The position numbers were made by a program, and so were the translations under genes. The notes below the pieces were generated by a model, which was not told the origin of the DNA, made no database searches, and saw only the letters and a program-made list of their open reading frames with translations. Below are positions 15,065 through 26,200 of a stretch of DNA of 64,000 bases, piece after piece. The first letter of the stretch is position 1. Each line of letters begins with the position of its first letter. Where the stretch lies: positions 55,600-119,599 of the IMG/VR virus record IMGVR_UViG_3300046806_000356; one strand, 5' to 3'. Source of the stretch: a virus.

Positions 15065-15238
15065 ATGAAAAAAAATTCGGCAGAAATTTTTCAACCCCTA
15101 CAAGTCGATCCAATTTCGGGTGAGTACTACTTAGTGATTCCTGAGCAATTTGTAAATGATCTGTCTTGGTATGAGGACACTGAAATTAAAATAGAATTAT
15201 CTGGATCTGAAATTATTCTTTCAGAAAAGGAGAGTTGA
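15065..15238 (+). CDS. AbrB/MazE/SpoVT-like small DNA-binding protein (57 aa, not in ORF track)
   Basis: MKKNSAEIFQPLQVDPISGEYYLVIPEQFVNDLSWYEDTEIKIELSGSEIILSEKES*; LVIP..F...L.W..D.EI pattern of swapped-hairpin proteins. Confidence 0.6.
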   Translation: MKKNSAEIFQPLQVDPISGEYYLVIPEQFVNDLSWYEDTEIKIELSGSEIILSEKES

Positions 15239-15263
15239 CAACGTATAGATAATACTGTATGAT
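15235..15263 (+). promoter_or_regulatory. sigma70 promoter
   Basis: TTGACA-N17-TATGAT. Confidence 0.75.
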
Positions 15264-15285
15264 ACTGAAGTAACTACAATCAATT

Positions 15286-16044
15286 ATGGCTAAAGGATTT
15301 ACTGTAAAGGCAAAAAGCCCAACCCCATCAACTCAAGGAGAGGAATGGGATTATGATAAAGCAAGGGAACTTGTAAGAGGCAAATCTATTGTCTTCTGCC
15401 TACCTGGCAGAGGTGTTTCTTATACTTACCTCAAAAACTTTGTACAACTCTGTTTTGATCTTGTACAATCAGGAGCAAGTATTCAAATCTCGCAAGACTA
15501 TTCATCGATGGTGAATTTTGCAAGATGTAAATGTTTAGGTGCAAACGTTTTGCGTGGACCTGATCAGATTCCCTGGGATGGACAACTGAAATATGATTGG
15601 CAACTTTGGATTGATTCTGATATTGTATTCAATACCAATAATTTTTGGCAACTTGTTCTGATGGAACAGGATATTGCAGCAGGTTGGTACTGTACCGAAG
15701 ACGGACGTACAACATCTGTAGCACACTGGTTAGAAGAGGATGATTTTAGAAATAATGGTGGAGTCATGAATCATGAAACCATTGAGAGCATCTCTAAGCG
15801 TCGTAAACCATTCACCGTAGATTATACCGGATTTGGATGGGTTCTAATTAAAAATGGAGTTTTCGAAAATTCCGAAATGAAGTATCCATGGTTTGCACCG
15901 AAGATGCAAGTCTTTGATTCTGGAGATGTTCAGGATATGTGTGGGGAGGATGTATCATTCTGCCTGGATGCAAAGGAAGCAGGTTTTGAAATCTGGTGCG
16001 ATCCTCGTATCAGAGTTGGTCACGAAAAGACAAGAGTTATTTGA
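15286..16044 (+). CDS. Conserved cyanophage GT-A-fold glycosyltransferase-like protein
   Basis: LWIDSDIVF (DxD), VDYTGFGWVLIK, GEDVSFC, RVGHEK. Confidence 0.75.
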   Translation: MAKGFTVKAKSPTPSTQGEEWDYDKARELVRGKSIVFCLPGRGVSYTYLKNFVQLCFDLVQSGASIQISQDYSSMVNFARCKCLGANVLRGPDQIPWDGQLKYDWQLWIDSDIVFNTNNFWQLVLMEQDIAAGWYCTEDGRTTSVAHWLEEDDFRNNGGVMNHETIESISKRRKPFTVDYTGFGWVLIKNGVFENSEMKYPWFAPKMQVFDSGDVQDMCGEDVSFCLDAKEAGFEIWCDPRIRVGHEKTRVI

Positions 16045-16048
16045 TACA

Positions 16049-16228
16049 ATGGAAGATCGTTACAATATTATTCGTAATGGAAAAATATTGCATTCAAATC
16101 TTACAGAAGAAGAATACTTCAATGCTATAGAGGATTTGGCAGATGAATTTTATCAGTCAGGTTCTCTAAATCCAAATGAAATTGAAACTGAAATTTTGAC
16201 TAATACTATGGAGAAAACTAATGGCTAA
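16049..16228 (+). CDS. Conserved hypothetical protein
   Basis: ATG 16049; NLTEEEYFNAIEDLADEFY. Confidence 0.7.
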   Translation: MEDRYNIIRNGKILHSNLTEEEYFNAIEDLADEFYQSGSLNPNEIETEILTNTMEKTNG

Positions 16229-16364
16229 GCGTGCATCATTATCTGGTAAAGTTGTTATTGAATCAAATCCGAAAAAGACTCGTCAAGGGGCTGGTTCTCA
16301 TACGAAGTATGCTGCAACTTCTCGTAACTCATCTGGAAAAAAATACAGAGGACAAGGTAGATAA
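16221..16364 (+). CDS. Small basic protein (47 aa, not in ORF track)
   Basis: MAKRASLSGKVVIESNPKKTRQGAGSHTKYAATSRNSSGKKYRGQGR*; YRGQGR terminus typical of T4-like cyanophage core ORF. Confidence 0.75.
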   Translation: MAKRASLSGKVVIESNPKKTRQGAGSHTKYAATSRNSSGKKYRGQGR

Positions 16365-16369
16365 TTATC

Positions 16370-16397
16370 AAAGTGGGTACATGTACCCACTTTTTTT
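16370..16397 (+). terminator. Intrinsic terminator
   Basis: Perfect 24-bp palindrome AAAGTGGGTACATGTACCCACTTT running into a T tract. Confidence 0.8.
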
Positions 16398-16449
16398 ATG
16401 TAATAAATATTTTTTTATTAAAACTATTACCGAATTGGAAAAGTTTTCA

Positions 16450-16776
16450 ATGGGCAGGCACCTATTATTGGAGGTGTATGATGTTAAATACAATCTCATT
16501 AATGATGCAATTGCTCTTGAAGAAATAATGGTTGGTGGAATTAAACGTGCCGGAATGACCATTCTAAACGTCTTCCAGCACTGTTTCATACCTCAGGGGT
16601 GTACTATAGTCATAGCACTCTCTGAGAGTCATGTATCGTGTCACACATGGCCTGAGGAAGGTTGTCTGGCAATAGACGTTTATACATGTGGTGAAGGAAA
16701 TCCGAAATTAATTGCAATAGAGTTGTTAAAATATCTTAATTCTGATAATTATTCTCTTCGGGAAGTAATTCGTTAA
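16450..16776 (+). CDS. speD: S-adenosylmethionine decarboxylase proenzyme
   Basis: MGRHLLLE, LSESHVSCHTWPE (ES cleavage site), DVYTCG. Confidence 0.93.
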   Translation: MGRHLLLEVYDVKYNLINDAIALEEIMVGGIKRAGMTILNVFQHCFIPQGCTIVIALSESHVSCHTWPEEGCLAIDVYTCGEGNPKLIAIELLKYLNSDNYSLREVIR

Positions 16777-16842
16777 ATATGCATAGGAGATAGCAACCTC
16801 CTTCATAAAAGTTCTGTTTTAGTAAATAAAACAGGAGCTCAA

Positions 16843-17085
16843 ATGTCCAACTTACCAATAGATAAAGATTCAAATTATATGAGAGAAATGTGGTCTAAGA
16901 ATCAATTGATCACTGATCATAATGCTGAACCAAAAAAAAGAGTGATTCAAGAAGTTATGCATGATCTTGCACCACAACACGACCTTAAAAAGCAAGTCGA
17001 ACTTCATGAAAAAATTCGTAATGATGAAGATTATGATGATTGGGAATATGGGACTGAACCAACTTATGGATCTGTCTGGCACTGA
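16843..17085 (+). CDS. Conserved hypothetical protein
   Basis: AGGAG RBS; cyanophage-type ORF upstream of gp25. Confidence 0.75.
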   Translation: MSNLPIDKDSNYMREMWSKNQLITDHNAEPKKRVIQEVMHDLAPQHDLKKQVELHEKIRNDEDYDDWEYGTEPTYGSVWH

Positions 17086-17086
17086 A

Positions 17087-17094
17087 TATAAATA
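17087..17094 (+). promoter_or_regulatory. T4-type late promoter
   Basis: TATAAATA before gp25. Confidence 0.75.
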
Positions 17095-17116
17095 AAGCAA
17101 AGAAAACTCTTGATCA

Positions 17117-17518
17117 ATGACAATACAGAGGATATCTAGATCTTTTAAGGACATTAGTTTATCCTTTGAACCTCATCCTATAACAAAGGATTTGCAGATT
17201 TTAAAAAATGAAACTGCGATTCGTAGATCTGTAAGAAACATAGTTGAAACTATTCCAACTGAAAAATTCTTTAACTCATCATTTGGATCTAACGTTAGAT
17301 CTAGTTTATTTGAATTTGTTGATTTTGGTACTGCATCTGTTATTCAAAATCAAATTGAAATTGCAATAACTAATTTTGAACCCAGAGTTGAAAATATAAA
17401 AGTTGATGTTGAACCAAATACAGATAGCAATGAATTCAATGTCACTGTAATTTTTGATATTATTGGTCAAGAGTTTCCGACACAAGAATATTCATTTCTC
17501 TTAGAGGCAACAAGATAA
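17117..17518 (+). CDS. gp25: Baseplate wedge subunit (gp25 family)
   Basis: FKDISLSF..HP, AIRRSVRNIV, FGSNV, NFEPRV. Confidence 0.9.
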   Translation: MTIQRISRSFKDISLSFEPHPITKDLQILKNETAIRRSVRNIVETIPTEKFFNSSFGSNVRSSLFEFVDFGTASVIQNQIEIAITNFEPRVENIKVDVEPNTDSNEFNVTVIFDIIGQEFPTQEYSFLLEATR

Positions 17519-17519
17519 A

Positions 17520-19448
17520 ATGCCTTTCACTAAATTTACTAATTTAGATTTTGATCAAATAAAAACTTCAATCAAAGACTATCTTCGTGAAAATTCAAAT
17601 TTCACAGACTTTGATTTTGAAGGATCTAATTTTTCTGTTTTAATTGATACGCTAGCATATAACACATATATTACTGCGTTTAATTCCAATATGATTGTCA
17701 ATGAGTCTTTTTTAGACTCGGCAACTCTTCGTGAAAACGTAGTTTCACTTGCAAGAAATATTGGATATGTGCCAAGATCAAGGGCAGCATCTAAGGCACG
17801 GGTATCTTTTCAAATTACAGGTCTTGTAGATGAAACTGGTTTACCATCAACTCAAACATTAACTTTAAAGGCAGGATTAGTTTGCACTGGAGATATTGAA
17901 AATTCATCTTATGTCTTTTCTATACCAGAAGATATTACAGTTAATGTAGATAGTTCTGGAGTTGCGGCATTTAATAATATAGAAATTTGTCAAGGAACTT
18001 TCTTAACAAATACATTTAACTATGATGGTTCTTTAGATCAAAGATTTATTTTAAATAATTCATTTATAGATTCTTCCACAATTCGTGTTTATGTTAAAAA
18101 AACATCGGATCAAGGTCTTGGATATGAATATTATCAAGTAGAAAATATTTTAAATATAGATTCATCATCCAGAATTTATCTCATTCAAGAAGTTCAAGAT
18201 GAAAAGTATGAGATACTTTTTGGTGATGGGTACATTGGAAAGAAATTGGGAAATGGAGTTAATCTGGACGGAACAGTCATAACAACTAATTATATTATAA
18301 CAGATGGTAAGGATGGTAATGGAGCATTCAGATTCTTATTTTCTGGTACGTTAGAGAAATCAAATGGGAGCACTTTAGTATTAAACAGTCCAGTATCAGT
18401 CACAACAAACCAAGCATCTCAAAATGGTGATGATATTGAACAAATTAACTCTATCAAGTATTTTGCACCAAGAGTATACTCCTCACAGCACAGGGCAGTG
18501 ACGGCAAATGATTATGAAACGATCATTAAAAGAATTTATTCAGATACTGAATCAGTTTCTGTTATTGGTGGTGAAGAACTAGATCCTCCAGAATATGGAA
18601 ATGTTCAAATTAGTATTAAACCTAAAAACGGAACTTTCGTGTCAGACTTTAATAAGACTCGAATTTTAAATGAACTAAAGAAATATAGCATTTCCGGAAT
18701 CAATCAAAAAATAATCGACCTCAAAGTATTGTATGTTGAAATTGATTCTTCAGTATATTATGATTATTCAAAGACATCATCGTCAGAATCTTTAAAAACT
18801 AAAGTCATAAACTCTCTAACAAAATACGCAAACTCCATCGACTTGAATAAGTTTGGTGGAAGATTCAAGTATAGTAAAGTTCTACAACTTATTGATAACA
18901 CAGATTTTGCCATAACATCAAACATTACCAAAGTTCGTATTAGAAGAGATATGAAAGCTCTTTTAAATAAACTTGCACAATATGAACTTTGTTTTGGTAA
19001 TCAGTTTCATGTTGTACAAGACTCATATAATATTAAGTCTACGGGATTTGTTGTTGAAAATGATCCAGATACTGTTTACATTACTGATAAACCAAATGCA
19101 GATAAAAAAACTGGGATTCTATCCATTGTAAAACCAATATCTGAAACAGAAACAAGAGTCGTTATTAAATCGGTTGGTACTGTTGATTATGTGAAAGGGG
19201 AAATAAATCTTGGAGCATTAAATATCATATCAACATCATTGCCAAATAATATTATTCAAATTCAAGCTGTTCCGGAATCAAACGATGTTATTGGACTGAA
19301 AGAATTATATTTAAGTTTCAGCATTGATAAAAGTGAAATAAATATGGTAAGAGATGTTATATCTTCTGGGGAAGAAACATCCGGAACCGAGTTCTCCAAG
19401 AACTACTATACATCTAGTTACTTAAGCGGAAATTTAATAAGAAAGTAA
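17520..19448 (+). CDS. gp6: Baseplate wedge subunit
   Basis: LDFDQIK..DFDFEGSNFSVLIDTLAYNT, RAVTANDY. Confidence 0.93.
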   Translation: MPFTKFTNLDFDQIKTSIKDYLRENSNFTDFDFEGSNFSVLIDTLAYNTYITAFNSNMIVNESFLDSATLRENVVSLARNIGYVPRSRAASKARVSFQITGLVDETGLPSTQTLTLKAGLVCTGDIENSSYVFSIPEDITVNVDSSGVAAFNNIEICQGTFLTNTFNYDGSLDQRFILNNSFIDSSTIRVYVKKTSDQGLGYEYYQVENILNIDSSSRIYLIQEVQDEKYEILFGDGYIGKKLGNGVNLDGTVITTNYIITDGKDGNGAFRFLFSGTLEKSNGSTLVLNSPVSVTTNQASQNGDDIEQINSIKYFAPRVYSSQHRAVTANDYETIIKRIYSDTESVSVIGGEELDPPEYGNVQISIKPKNGTFVSDFNKTRILNELKKYSISGINQKIIDLKVLYVEIDSSVYYDYSKTSSSESLKTKVINSLTKYANSIDLNKFGGRFKYSKVLQLIDNTDFAITSNITKVRIRRDMKALLNKLAQYELCFGNQFHVVQDSYNIKSTGFVVENDPDTVYITDKPNADKKTGILSIVKPISETETRVVIKSVGTVDYVKGEINLGALNIISTSLPNNIIQIQAVPESNDVIGLKELYLSFSIDKSEINMVRDVISSGEETSGTEFSKNYYTSSYLSGNLIRK

Positions 19449-19449
19449 T

Positions 19450-20211
19450 ATGATACAAACTGGATTTGATTCAAGAGTTAAAGTTTATCAAGTTATTGAA
19501 AATCAACTTCCAAGTTTTATTTTGGATGAAAATCCAAAAGCTTCAGAGTTTTTAAAGCAATATTACATATCTCAGGAACATCAGAGTGGTTCAATTGATA
19601 TTGCTGAGAACTTAGATCAATACCTTAAGTTAGATAATCTCACACCGGAAATCATTGTTGATAATACATATCTAACCTCTGGAATTGGGACCAATAATAA
19701 GATCACAATAAATGTCAATAGCACAAAAGGATTTCCAAAACAATATGGATTGTTGAAAATTGGTGATGAGATCATCACTTATACTGGAATTACCACTAAC
19801 TCTTTTCTCAATTGTCAGAGAGGATTCAGTGGCATTACAAGTTATCATCAAGAATTAAATCAAGAAGAATTGCTTTTTGAAACATCAAGTGCAGAATCTC
19901 ACGAGCAATCTGCAGCAGTTCAAAACTTAAGTTCTTTATTTTTAAAAGAATTCTATAAAAAATTAAAGTATTCCCTTACACCAGGATTAGAAGATATAGA
20001 TTTTGTATCTGATCTTAATGTTGGTAATTTTATAAAAGAGGCAAGATCCTTTTATAAGTCAAAAGGAACAGATGAGTCTTTTAAAATTCTGTTTAAAGTT
20101 TTATATGGAGTCAATGCTACTGTTGTTAATTTAGAAAATTTTCTTATTAAACCTTCATCTGCAGAATTTGTTAGAAGAAAAGTTGTTCTTATAGATTTCT
20201 GGAGAACCTAA
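19450..20211 (+). CDS. Large baseplate wedge protein (gp7-like), N-terminal part before frameshift
   Basis: QLPSFI...EFLKQYY, FYKSKGTDESFKILF motifs; reading continues in the +1 frame from 20195. Confidence 0.75.
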   Translation: MIQTGFDSRVKVYQVIENQLPSFILDENPKASEFLKQYYISQEHQSGSIDIAENLDQYLKLDNLTPEIIVDNTYLTSGIGTNNKITINVNSTKGFPKQYGLLKIGDEIITYTGITTNSFLNCQRGFSGITSYHQELNQEELLFETSSAESHEQSAAVQNLSSLFLKEFYKKLKYSLTPGLEDIDFVSDLNVGNFIKEARSFYKSKGTDESFKILFKVLYGVNATVVNLENFLIKPSSAEFVRRKVVLIDFWRT

Positions 20212-23200
20212 CAAGTTATCTGGACAAACAATTGAAAAATCAACAGATCCTGATACAAATGCATCAGTATCAGAAGTTGAAGTTGTTACTAGAAATGGAA
20301 AAAAATATTATAAATTATCTCTATTCGTTGGTTACGATGATTCTCCAACTGTTCAAGGAGAATTTGATGTTACACCATCTACAAAATGCTTGGAATCTGT
20401 CCCAGTCGGTTCCTCTGTAATTTCCGTTGATTCAACAATTGGTTTTCCAGAATCGGGAACAATTATCTCTGGAACAAATACAATAACTTATACGGGTAAA
20501 AGTGTTAATCAATTTTTTGGATGTTCTGGAGTTGAATCTCAAATAGATCAGGCAGATAATATTAGAACTGATGATGTTTACATTGGATATGAAGATGGTG
20601 ATAAAACTAAAAAAGTTGAATTTAGAATACTTGGATCATTATCGGATTTTATCCAAGTATCAGAATCGTTAAGTGGTGTTTCTGAGGGTGACTTTGTTTA
20701 CATTAAAAGTCTTGGAAATGCAGTTGGTCAGACTAAGTTTGGAGAAAAGAATTTTAAAGAAGTATTAGTAAATTCTTGGTTCTATAATTCCAACTCAAGA
20801 TATCATATTCAGGATTTTAGTGGACCAAAATCTTTAAATCTCAAATCACCAATTGATAGAACTAGTTTAAAATATGGAGATGAAATTGAGATAGTAGAAA
20901 GGGGAACGTCAAATGTTGTTTTTACAACATATGTAAATGAGGAAATTCAGGATAATTCAAAATCTATTCAATTGTTTGCATTTATTGCTCCAAATCCAAA
21001 TGCAAACTATGATCTAAGAAGAAAAGTTAGTAAGGCTAGTAGTTTAAATGTTCCTTTGATATATGGCAATGATTCTATTATATCTGATGTAAGCAATGTA
21101 TATACAGATAATGATTATGCATATGTAGCATCTAACTCTTTGCCAGCAAATAATAGAGGGTTGTCTGTTCCATATTGTTATCAGATAACAAAAAACTTGA
21201 GCGGCAATTATATTGATAATAGCATTGGAATTTTAACTGGCAAAGTTGACGATGACTTTACAATAATTTCTTTTCCTGACAACGTACCATTTTTAACAGG
21301 AGATAGAATTTTTTATCAACCAGAAGAAGATTCTCTTGTGGGATTAGAAACTGGATCATACTACGTTAAAGTTCTGGACTCAAATAAAAAAGAAATACAA
21401 TTGTATTCTTCTCAATCTTTTGTCGGAAGTTCAAATTATCTGACTTTTGATTCTCCTTATATTTCTGGAATAGGAACTCATAGATTTACATTATATTCTC
21501 AGAGATCTGCTGAAATAGGTCCTCAAAAAATACTTAAAAAATTTCCACTTACAAATAATATTTTTAATGGATCTAATGAAAAAACTTTACCTGGGCCTGT
21601 TGGTCTGTTAGTTAATGGTGTAGAAATTGACAATTACAAATCATTAGATAAAATTTATTATGGACCATTAAATTCTGTTAAAGTTTTGAACAGTGGTGAA
21701 AATTATGATGTTATAAACTTACCTTTTATATCAGTTTCGACTGGTATAGGGTCAACCGCATTTATTCAACCTGTGGTAAGTGGATCAATTCAAAAAACTT
21801 ATGTTGAGAATCAAGACTTCGATATTCAAAATATAGTTTCTATAGGAGTTAGTGGTGGAAATGGATTTGGTGCTGTATTAGAACCAATTGTTAAAAAGAG
21901 AGTAAGAGAAGTTTTTTTTGATGCAAGAACCACGACCAATTCTGGTGGAATTAATACTACGACCAGACAACTTACCTTTTTAACTAAACATAATTTTGTA
22001 GATGGTGAAGAAGTAATCTATAGTTCAAATGGAAATTTGGGAGTTGGAATAGGTGTAGGTAATTCCACTCTTATTGATAATTCTCAATATTACATAAAAA
22101 CAACTAGTGATCTAACAGTCAGATTATATCAATCTTTATCAGACTATTCTTCGGGAATTAATACTGTTGGATTTAATACTGATAATACTTCCGGAATTCA
22201 TAAATTTTATACTTCATCCAGTAAAAATACTTTAACAGAGATTAAAGTGGTTGACGGTGGACAACAATATACTAACAGAAAATTGATTGTCAAACCAACA
22301 GACATTTCTACATCCAATCATACAATTAATTTTAAAAATCATGGGTTTAATGATGGTGATTTAATTAAGTATAGTTATCAGACTTCTTCAATATCAGGAG
22401 TTTCTACTGACACATCTACATCGTTTTATGTTTTAAAAGTCAACGATAATTCTTTTAGAATTTGTGATGCCGGTATTGGGGGGGTAACTAAATCAAATTA
22501 TGAAAGAAAAAATTATGTCAGGTTTTCTTCCGTAGGATCTGGATACCAGTATTTTAGTTATCCAGAAATTTCTGTTTTTGTAGAATTTACAACACCTAAT
22601 GGTATAAGTACTACACAAACAATTCAAATAACTCCCAAGGTCAGAGGAAAGATAATTGATGCTTATTTGTACGAATCTGGTACTGGATATGGATCATCTA
22701 TTTTAAATTTTGAAAAGAAACCAATCATTACTATTCAAAATGGAAAAGATGCTAAAATAGTACCCAATATTATCAATGGAACTATTAACTCAGCTAAAAT
22801 TGAATATGGTGGTAAAGAATACTATTCTGATCCAGATATTATTGTAGAAGATCCAACTGGAACTGGTAGTGGGGCAGAAATAATACCTACAATTAGTGGT
22901 GGAAGAATTTCCAATGTTACTGTTACTAATTCCGGAATTGGATACTCAACAAGTTCAAAAATTAAAGTTGTTCCTGCCGGATCTAATGCACTCTTTGATG
23001 TATCTATTAGAGACTTAACAATTAATAATACTAAGAGATTTAATTCTGAAATTTATACAGAAACCTTGGACAATAAGTTAAAATATTTAGTTTCTGGATA
23101 CTTTGATACGTTACAAAATTGCTTTGCAGATAATGGAACTTTCCATTCAAAGATCATTGGATGGGCATATGATGGTAATCCAATTTATGGTGCATATGGA

Positions 23201-26200
23201 TACAACACCCCAGAAAACACCGAATCAATAAGACTTCTAACTTCAAGTTATATATTAGATACCTCTTATCTTGATAGACCATTTGGATTTGATGCTGGAT
23301 TCTTTATTGAAGATTATCGTTATGATGGAAGTGGAGATTTGGATATTCATAATGGAAGATTTTGCAAAACTCCAGAGTTTCCAAATGGAATATATGCATA
23401 TTTTTCACCAATTGATAATATAAATTCAGAATCAAAGTTTCCTTATTTTATTGGTGATTCATATAGATCGAATACATTAATTGAAAATTCTTCTTTGGAT
23501 CAATCGTTTGATTTTGGAAGTTCCGATTTATTAAGAAACACATATCCATATAAACTGATTGATTCAAATATTGAAAACGATTTTATTCCAAGTTATTTGG
23601 ATCTAAAAAATCAACTTTTAACTGTAAATTCAATTGCAAGTGGAGTTATTAGTGGTTTTAATATTGTCAATTCTGGATCAGATTATAAAGTCAATGATTT
23701 ATTAGCATTTACCAATGCTGATGACATTGGGATATCCGCTAAAGTTTCTTCATTAAATGGAAAGGAAGTTGAAAATGTTGTAACATCGACGGAAACTTAT
23801 AATAATACCATTGTTTCTTGGAATAATCAAAATCAGGCAAAAATAACAATTTTACCCTATCACAGTTTAAAAGATAATGACTATGTGACTTTATCTGGAT
23901 TTTCCACCAATCTTACAACACTAGATGGATTTTATAAAATTGGAGTATCTTCACAATATTCAACAGTTACAAGAGATATTCCTCAAGCAACATCTATTGG
24001 GTCCACTGAAGTATACGTTTCCCAAATTCCAAATGCCATTTCAGTTGGAAGTAGCATTGGCATTGGAACCGAAACTCTGAAAGTTCTTGGTATTTTTAAA
24101 AATGAAAATATTTTAAAGGTGAAGAGAGGATTAACTGGTGCTGGGTCTTCTCATATTGCATCATCCACAATTTCAGTATTTCCAAACTCATTTACAATTA
24201 CATCCAATTTAGATTATTTTGATTCAAAAGTTAACGATAAAGTTTTCTTTAATCCAAGAGAGTCTGTTGGTGTTGGCACAACACTTGGTACAAGTAGTTC
24301 AGTATCTTTTAATTTTGGAGACTCCACAGTCATTAGAGACATTCCAGTAAAAGGAATATATTTGGAAAATCACCCATTTGTAACTAATCAGAAAGTACTT
24401 TTCACAATACCTAGTGGAAACATTTCAGTTTCTACAAATGGATCAAGTACATATTCGATTCCAACTAGTGGAATATCACAAGAATTTTATGTTGTAAATA
24501 AAAGTATTAATTTGGTAGGTTTAAAAACTTCATTTACTGCTCCAGAACTGTTCTTTCATGGTAATGGAGATGATAATGATGAATATTCGATTGAAAGCAT
24601 GTTTAATCAGATTAAGGGAACAGTACAGAGATATAAAACTACAGTATCAGTTTCTACTGCGCATGAACTATTAAATGGTGATGCTATTACATTAAATGTA
24701 AATCCAAACTTAAATGTAGGAATTGGAACTTCAACTTCCGTAAGAATTTTATATAATACAGAATATGGAAAATTAATAATTAATCCAATTGGATTTGGAT
24801 CGGAAAATGTGATTCGTACTAAGCAGTACTATGCTATTCCAACTAGACAATCAACGATTGATACTGCGGTTGGAATAGCATTTACTTCTAAAGCAATATC
24901 ACCTTTAGCGACAAGAAATGCCCAACAAATTTACGATTATATTTGGGACAATTATAGTAAGTTTGATGTTGATGGTGATGGTGTGGTTAGTGATGTAGAT
25001 GGATTAATTCTTGCAAGAGAAATGTCTCCTGCTTTTACTGGAGATGCTTTAATATCAGGCATTACTTTTCCATTAGGAGCAACAAGAACAACAGCATCTT
25101 CAATCAGATCTTATATTAGTTCTGTAACTGGTGGTGTAGGAATTGGTAGTACGATTGGCACTGCACCATTTAGTTCTTGCTATGATATAGATGGTCATGG
25201 AAGTGTAGGATTTAATAATGATGGTATAATGATTTATAGATTTGCAGTCACTCCAAGACTTGGTGCTGGAGGATTTTATTCCCCAGGTACATTGAGAGGA
25301 TCTTTTGAAATTGTAAATCATGGACTAAAAACAGGAGATAAAGTTCTTTATCTGAATAATACAACTTCAATATTAAAACCAGTAGATAGTGGTGAATATT
25401 TTGTTCATAGAAACAATGATAATAGTTTTCAGTTAGGTTTAACTTATAAAGATGTGGTCGAAGATCCAATAAATCCTGTAAGTATTGCATATACGGGAGT
25501 ATCGAATCAATCAATCTCTCTCATTAATCCACCAATTCAAGTAATAAAAAATAACAGTCTAAAGTTTGATCTATCAAATTCCTCATTAACTGGATATAAG
25601 TTAAAAATTTATTATGATAAAGATTTTAAAAATGAATTTGTGTCTACAGGATCCAGTACATCTTTTAATATTTCTGGATTGGGGACAGTAGGAGTATCTA
25701 CAACAGCATCATTGACATTAAGTTACGGTGAAAATTTACCATCTAAACTATATTATAACTTAGAAAAATCTGGATATATTAGCACAACTGATTCCAATGT
25801 TGTCAACTATTCTCAAATAGAATTTATTGATAGTTTTTACGATAACAATTATATAATTTCTGGAGTGGGGACGACAACATTTAGTGTTTATCTTGAAAAA
25901 AGTCCAGAAAGAGTATCATATGCAAAAACTGAATGTGATAATCTTGAATATTTTACAAGCTCATTAAATGCAAAGGGATCTATAAAGGAAATTGGCATAA
26001 TTTCAAAGGGATCAAGTTCCAAAAATATTCCAATTATTACTGAGATAAATTCAACTGATGGCACGAATGCAAATGTTTTCTGTAAGACAAAAAATATAGG
26101 TGATATTAAAGAATTGGGATTAATCAATGAAGGATTCGAATATCCATCAGATCCAACCTTACAACCCACTGCATATATTTCTCCACAAATTGCCATAAAG

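Noticed and set aside
16231-16449. N-terminal extension of speD in ORF track
   Set aside because: Crosses another gene and a terminator; SpeD similarity begins at MGRHLL (16450)
16786-16815. preQ1-I riboswitch
   Set aside because: Only superficial hairpin-plus-A-tail similarity; conserved loop and tail nucleotides are missing and the downstream gene is not queuosine-related
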